From: a bacterium
GTDB lineage: Bacteria; Eisenbacteria; RBG-16-71-46
Direction: 5' to 3'
Assembly (NCBI GenBank): GCA_043779265.1
Contig: JAYWEM010000059.1
Span: 1-44,523, forward strand
DNA: 44,523 nucleotides
In this document: positions 39,313 through 44,523 of the stretch, piece by piece
Layout: each line of letters opens with the position of its first letter
Position numbering within the stretch: the stretch's first letter is position 1
Position numbers and translations under genes: made by a program
The notes under the pieces: generated by a model
Database searches by the model: none
Seen by the model: only the letters and a program-made list of their open reading frames with translations
What the model was told of the DNA's origin: nothing

Positions 39313-42300
39313 ATGTCGGTCACCCCCCAGGAGACGCACTCCGCATCATCGTCCACGGCTTCGCAGACCGGTGTCCACGTTCCGCGCCACTACACGCGCG
39401 TCGGGCACGACCCCTTCGCCGAGATCGAATGGGACCTGCGAACCACCGCCATCAAGAACCCCGATGGCTCGATCGTCTTCAAGATGGAGAACCTCGAGGT
39501 CCCGTCATCGTGGTCACAGCTCGCGACCGACATCGTCGTGAGCAAGTACTTCCGCAAGGCCGGTCTCCCGGGCACTCCGGGTCATGAGACGAGCGTGCGG
39601 CAGGTGGTTCACCGCCTCGCCCGCACCACGCGCATGGCGGGCGAGTCACAGGGCGGCTACTTCGCCAGCGAGGCCGATGCCGAGGCGTTCGAGGCCGAGC
39701 TCAAGTACATGCTGGTTCATCAGATAGGGGCGTTCAACTCCCCCGTCTGGTTCAACCTCGGACTCGGCCACGTCTATGGCATCAAAGGCTCGGGCGGCAG
39801 CTTCGCGGTCGACCTCGTCAGCGACGAGGTGCGCATGACACAGGACGCCTACGCGCGCCCTCAAATTTCGGCCTGCTTCATCCAGTCGGTCGGCGACGAC
39901 CTGATGTCGATCTTCGAACTCGTCAAGAACGAGGCTCGCGTCTTCAAATACGGCTCGGGCACGGGCACCAACTTCTCCAAGCTGCGCGGCCGCATGGAGA
40001 AGCTCTCGGGCGGCGGCACCTCGTCGGGGCTGATGAGCTTCCTCGAGGTGCTCGATCGCGGCGCCGGCGCCACCAAATCGGGCGGCACGACGCGTCGCGC
40101 CGCCAAGATGGTGGTGCTCGACATCGATCATCCCGAGATCGTCGACTTCGTGCAGTGGAAGGTGAAGGAGGAGTGCAAGGTCCGCGCGCTCATCTCGGCC
40201 GGCTATCCGAGCGACTTCAATGGCGAGGCCTACCAGACCGTCGCCGGCCAGAACTCCAACAACTCGGTGCGCGTGCCGGATCGCTTCATGGAAGCGGTCG
40301 AATCGAATGGCACGTGGGACACCACGTTCCGCACCACCGGTCAGGTGCACCAGACGCACCAGGCGCGCGAACTGTGGAACACGATCTCCGAGAGCGCGTG
40401 GGCCTGTGCCGATCCCGGCCTGCAGTTCGACGACACGATCCAGCGCTGGCACACCTGCAAGACCACCGATCGGATCAACGCGACCAACCCGTGCAGCGAG
40501 TTCGTCTTCCTCGATGACACGGCCTGCAACCTGGCGTCGATCAATCTGATGAAGATGCGCCGCGAGGACGGCAGCTTCGATACCGAGAGCTACCGTCACG
40601 CCAACCGCGTGTTCTTCCTGGCGCAGGAGATCCTGGTCAGCTTCGCGAGCTACCCGACCGAGTTGATCGCCCGCAACAGTGAGGACTACCGCCCGCTCGG
40701 GCTCGGCTACGCCAACCTCGGCACGCTGCTGATGGTGCAGGGGCTGCCGTACGACAGCGACGGCGCCCGCGCCTATGCCGGCTGCATCACCGCGATGATG
40801 ACGGGCGAGGCCTACTCGCTGTCGGCCGAGATGGCCGCCAGCAAGGGCCCGTTCAAGGGCTATCCGAAGAATCGCGACTCCATGCTCGGCGTGATGGATC
40901 TGCACCGAGACGCCGCTCGCAAGCTCGACCCCGACCACGCGCCGCGCGACCTCAAGCAGGCGGCGATCAAGGCGTGGGATGACGCGGTCGCGTTCGGCCG
41001 CGTGCATGGCTATCGCAACGCGCAGGCCACCGTGCTGGCCCCGACCGGCACCATCGGGCTGCTGATGGACTGCGACACGACCGGAGTCGAGCCCGACTTC
41101 GCGCTGGTCAAGTTCAAGAAGCTGGCGGGCGGCGGTTACTTCAAGATCGTGAACCAGTCGGTGCCGCTCGCCCTCGAGTCGCTCGGCTACTCGAAGACCG
41201 ATGCCGAGCGGATCATGACGTACGTCGTCGGTCGCGGGACCTTCACCGGCGCACCGCAGGTGAACCACGTCGCGCTCGTCTCGAAGGGCTTCACCGAGGA
41301 GGAGGTCGCTCGCCTCGAGAAGATCCTGCCGGTCGCGCTCGATCTGCACATGGTGTTCATGCCGGGCCTGATCTCCGACGAGACCCTGACGCGGCTCGGC
41401 ATCACCGCCGAGCAGCGCCGCGCCAAGGGCTTCTCGATCCTCGGCGCCATCGGCTTCACCGCGGCCCAGATCAACGAGGCGAACCTGCACATCTGCGGCA
41501 CGCAGACGGTGGAGGGCGCTCCGGGGCTCGATCCGGCGCATCTGCCGGTGTTCGACTGCGCCAACCGCTGTGGCCCGCGCAGCACCCGGTTCATCCGTCC
41601 GCTCGGCCATGTCCACATGATGGCGGCGGCCCAGCCCTTCATCTCGGGCGCCATCAGCAAGACGGTCAACCTGCCCAACGAGGCGACGGTCGAGGACATC
41701 GAGTCCATCTACCACGAGTCGTGGCGGGCGGGCATCAAGGCCGTGGCGCTGTATCGCGACGGGTGCAAGGCGAGCCAGCCGCTGGCGGGCGGCAGCAGTG
41801 ACGACAAGAAGGACGAGGTCGAGAAGGTCACCGCCGTGGCTCCCGCTGCCGAGGCTGCCCTGGCCACGCTGACGCGGCTGCGACTGCCCAAGCGCCGGTT
41901 CGGATTCACCCAGGAGGCGCGCATCGCCGGGCACAAGATGTTCGTGCGCACCGGCGAGTACGACGACGGCCGACTCGGCGAGATCTTCGTGGACATGCAC
42001 AAGGAGGGTGCGGCCTACCGCAGCCTCATGAACTGCTTCGCCATCGCGGTCTCGATGGGGTTGCAGTACGGCGTGCCGCTGCAGGACTTCGTCGATCAGT
42101 TCGTCTTCACCCGCTTCGAGCCCAACGGCCGCGTGGACGACGACGCCCACATCAAGATGAGCACGAGCGTCATCGACTACGTGTTCCGCGTGCTCGGCTA
42201 CGAGTACCTGAACCGCACCGACCTCGTGCACATCATCGATGACGAAGCGCCGAGCGGCGTGCTCGTGCCGGCCAACCCGCACGAGCAGAAGCATCCGGTC

Positions 42301-42531
42301 GGTCGCGATCAGCGCATCGCCAATCGCATCCAGACGCCGGTGGCGGCCAGTGGCCCGGTGATGGTCCAGGAGACCGTGGTGCAGAAGGTCACCAAGTACG
42401 ACCCCTACGAGATGCAGAAGGCCGCGGTCGCCGGGGACGCACCGATGTGCAGCACGTGCGGCCACACGACCATCCGCAACGCGACCTGCTTCAAGTGCAC
42501 CAACTGCGGCAACAGCGAGGGCTGCAGCTGA
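39313..42531 (+). CDS. nrdJ: Adenosylcobalamin-dependent (class II) ribonucleotide reductase with fused TSCPD domain and C-terminal zinc ribbon
   Basis: FNSPVWFN, QISACFI, KYGSGTGTN, TNPCSE (thiyl Cys), ACNLAS, APTGTI, ISKTVN, YRDG and GEIFVD. C-terminal CSTC…CFKCTNCG…GCS. Confidence 0.95.
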   Translation: MSVTPQETHSASSSTASQTGVHVPRHYTRVGHDPFAEIEWDLRTTAIKNPDGSIVFKMENLEVPSSWSQLATDIVVSKYFRKAGLPGTPGHETSVRQVVHRLARTTRMAGESQGGYFASEADAEAFEAELKYMLVHQIGAFNSPVWFNLGLGHVYGIKGSGGSFAVDLVSDEVRMTQDAYARPQISACFIQSVGDDLMSIFELVKNEARVFKYGSGTGTNFSKLRGRMEKLSGGGTSSGLMSFLEVLDRGAGATKSGGTTRRAAKMVVLDIDHPEIVDFVQWKVKEECKVRALISAGYPSDFNGEAYQTVAGQNSNNSVRVPDRFMEAVESNGTWDTTFRTTGQVHQTHQARELWNTISESAWACADPGLQFDDTIQRWHTCKTTDRINATNPCSEFVFLDDTACNLASINLMKMRREDGSFDTESYRHANRVFFLAQEILVSFASYPTELIARNSEDYRPLGLGYANLGTLLMVQGLPYDSDGARAYAGCITAMMTGEAYSLSAEMAASKGPFKGYPKNRDSMLGVMDLHRDAARKLDPDHAPRDLKQAAIKAWDDAVAFGRVHGYRNAQATVLAPTGTIGLLMDCDTTGVEPDFALVKFKKLAGGGYFKIVNQSVPLALESLGYSKTDAERIMTYVVGRGTFTGAPQVNHVALVSKGFTEEEVARLEKILPVALDLHMVFMPGLISDETLTRLGITAEQRRAKGFSILGAIGFTAAQINEANLHICGTQTVEGAPGLDPAHLPVFDCANRCGPRSTRFIRPLGHVHMMAAAQPFISGAISKTVNLPNEATVEDIESIYHESWRAGIKAVALYRDGCKASQPLAGGSSDDKKDEVEKVTAVAPAAEAALATLTRLRLPKRRFGFTQEARIAGHKMFVRTGEYDDGRLGEIFVDMHKEGAAYRSLMNCFAIAVSMGLQYGVPLQDFVDQFVFTRFEPNGRVDDDAHIKMSTSVIDYVFRVLGYEYLNRTDLVHIIDDEAPSGVLVPANPHEQKHPVGRDQRIANRIQTPVAASGPVMVQETVVQKVTKYDPYEMQKAAVAGDAPMCSTCGHTTIRNATCFKCTNCGNSEGCS

Positions 42532-42554
42532 GCCTCCGCTCCACGCGATGAGAA

Positions 42555-42592
42555 CACGAAGGGCCCGCGCTCCATGGCGCGGGCCCTTCGTG
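42555..42592. terminator. Perfect 16-bp hairpin downstream of nrdJ (probable terminator, no U-tract)
   Basis: CACGAAGGGCCCGCGC-TCCATG-GCGCGGGCCCTTCGTG between convergent genes. Confidence 0.7.
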
Positions 42593-42615
42593 CATCCACG
42601 CCGTCGGCGCGGCGC

Positions 42616-42819
42616 TCAGCCTGAGCCGTACACACTCCGGGCCTGTCCGTACGTGACGCGCGGCAACGCCTCGCGACGGGTCGAGGGCTCATAGGAGTCG
42701 TCGGTGCGACGCCCGGGCCCGACGAATCCCGCGCCCGGCACCGGCGCGATGGGCTCGATGGGAGCTGCCGCGTAGGGCTGCGACAGGTGGAACGCGATGG
42801 AGACCGGGGACACCTTCAT
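42616..42819 (-). CDS. Small hypothetical protein (67 aa, Pro-rich)
   Basis: MKVSPVSIAFHLSQPYAAAPIEPIAPV…DSYEPS…VTYG. GC3-rich codons. It fills the gap between the methylase gene and the hairpin. Confidence 0.5.
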   Translation of the reverse strand: MKVSPVSIAFHLSQPYAAAPIEPIAPVPGAGFVGPGRRTDDSYEPSTRREALPRVTYGQARSVYGSG

Positions 42820-42888
42820 ATCCGAGGGTATCGGTCGCTCCACCCGCTTCCCGAAGGGGCGCGCGCAAGTGCCGGTCACTGCGTCGCC

Positions 42889-43920
42889 TCAGGCGGCGCC
42901 GGTCACCGCAGCAGGGGCTCCCTCGCAGCGGACCATGAACACGTGCTCGCGATTGCTCGCCGGACCGGGCGTGCCGACGCGCTCGCCTCGCGGGTTGTAG
43001 ATGCCGAGCCGATGGCCGATGTAGCGCGGGTACTCGACCGCGCGCTCGTGCACGTCGCCTCGCTCGCCGAGGATGGCTCGCAGTTGGTCGAGCGTCAGGT
43101 GACCCTCATCGCTGAACGAGACGACCATCCACTTCGCGCGCACTCGCGAGACGACCGCATGGAGAGCCGCCGCGATGGTGCCGCGTCGATTGAACGCGCT
43201 GGTGCGCTCGCGGCAGTCGACGCGCTTCATGGCGATGCCATAGACCTCGGGGCGATCCCAGCGCACGAGCGACTCCCAGACATGGTAGTTCCCGAGATAG
43301 CTGTGCTGGTTGTAGGGCGGATCCAGGTAGGCCACATCGGCCTCATACCGCCCGGCGGCCTCTCCTGCATCGAGGCACGAAGCGGAGCCCTCGCCTTGGA
43401 GGAGCTCGGGCAGACGCAGACGCAGCGGCTGCTGCGCACGTTTCGCCCAGGCCTTCAGGTACGCCATCTGCAGGCCGACGGTCGAATCCACCCGGTCGGC
43501 GGCCTCGATCAGGCTGGTCAGCGCGATCGCCTCGAGCGTCGGCGCGAGCGAAAGCGCCGCGATGCGGTCGCGGATCGCATCGACGCGGGCGCCGTTCTCG
43601 GGGTGCAGGTAGCGCGAACGCTCGCAGTGGGTCTCGGTGAACCAGCCCGCACGGCCTGGGAGCGCCTCAAGCTCGGCGATGAGGCGCGTGGCGGGCTCGC
43701 GCCAGATGGCGGCATCGGCCCCGACGTAGCAGGCGGCCAGCACATGCGCGTAGGCGTTGTGGTCGTTGGCGTGCACGCGCCAGCCACGCGCCTTGAGCGC
43801 ATGCCCGACGCGCGAGGTGCCCGAGAACAGATCGAGCGCCGAGCGAGCCCCCTCGCACCGGTCGAACACGTCGAGCAGCGCCGGCATCATGCGGCGCTTG
43901 GACCCCAGATACTTGATCAC
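42889..43920 (-). CDS. DNA adenine methyltransferase (D12/alpha class), orphan within this window
   Basis: GGAGG RBS with GTG start. IKYLGSK, motif I DLFSGT and motif IV YLDPPY. Confidence 0.9.
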   Translation of the reverse strand: MIKYLGSKRRMMPALLDVFDRCEGARSALDLFSGTSRVGHALKARGWRVHANDHNAYAHVLAACYVGADAAIWREPATRLIAELEALPGRAGWFTETHCERSRYLHPENGARVDAIRDRIAALSLAPTLEAIALTSLIEAADRVDSTVGLQMAYLKAWAKRAQQPLRLRLPELLQGEGSASCLDAGEAAGRYEADVAYLDPPYNQHSYLGNYHVWESLVRWDRPEVYGIAMKRVDCRERTSAFNRRGTIAAALHAVVSRVRAKWMVVSFSDEGHLTLDQLRAILGERGDVHERAVEYPRYIGHRLGIYNPRGERVGTPGPASNREHVFMVRCEGAPAAVTGAA

Positions 43921-43969
43921 GCCGGTCGCCTCCCTGCGAAGCCGTCGCACACTCCGTGACGCGCGCAAC

Positions 43970-44176
43970 TTACAGGAGGGCCCGCGCGTTCGCGAAGCGC
44001 GCTCCGGCGACCGCGCCTCGCGAGAGGCGACGGGCGAGTCGGAATGCATCACCGCTGTCGCCCATGATGCTGACCATGATCGAGAAGAACTCGATGGGCA
44101 CGATGAAGCTCACGCCCTGCGTGGCACGGTCGCGCGCCATCTGCCTCAACGACGAGACGAGGATCTCGCGGATCAT
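43970..44176 (-). pseudogene. Possible truncated remnant of an ABC-2 type permease N-terminus
   Basis: MIREILVSSLRQMARDRATQGVSFIVPIEFFSIMVSIMG resembles the LR-x-x-RDR…first-TM start of ABC-2 permeases, then stops at 68 aa. Confidence 0.4.
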
Positions 44177-44523
44177 TCGCGATGGTCCTTTGCGTTCAGG
44201 GCGAGGAACGCCTGCTGCTGCAGCGTCAGACGCACACGGCGACCGGTGAGACCTGCTTGCACCACCAAGTCCGACAGGGTCCCTCACACGACGATGCGCC
44301 CGGGATCCAGCATGGCGAGACGTTCGCAGAGCCCCGAACAGTGCCAGGTTCGCGCACGGCGCGCGCACGCGCCCCGATCACACGCCGCGCACCGGGCGGG
44401 CGAGCAAGGAAGGGCACGCCACAGAATGAGCCACGACGAGTCCCGTGGTAGGCCGGGCCCGTCCTGTAAACAGTGTAGGCGGCCATCCCGGGCACGCCGG
44501 CACGGTCACTCCACCGCCACCCC

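Noticed and set aside
39313..42531. Intein or intron in nrdJ
   Set aside because: The ORF is continuous, with no intein splice-junction or LAGLIDADG motifs seen near the catalytic motifs.
1..44523. CRISPR arrays, IS elements, prophage, rRNA/tRNA including selC
   Set aside because: No repeat-spacer array, transposase, integrase, phage gene or structural RNA gene was recognised in the window.

Overview
A high-GC (roughly 70% by eye) diderm bacterial chromosome segment read with the standard genetic code. Three secreted proteins end in FlgD-Ig/T9SS-like C-terminal domains, which suggests an FCB-related lineage such as Ca. Eisenbacteria (inference only). Most of the window is secreted hydrolases: two M14 carboxypeptidases, a prolyl oligopeptidase, an amidohydrolase pair, PhoX and choice-of-anchor proteins. 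It also encodes an S1-domain protein, a Tat-exported Mn-type SOD, CPA2 and SLC13 transporters, a STAND-BTAD regulator, class II ribonucleotide reductase NrdJ and an orphan adenine methylase. The divergent otsB/otsA pair is disrupted. The main discovery is a gene the ORF track truncates. Its true start is ATG 2820, overlapping the stop of an exported HMA-thioredoxin fusion gene. It encodes a signal peptide followed by two in-frame UGA codons in a U-x-x-U motif (GGT TGA GCG GGT TGA), then a hairpin with a GGUC loop like the E. coli fdhF SECIS, then a His-motif outer-membrane beta-barrel-like body. This is a candidate double-selenocysteine outer-membrane metal-handling system.
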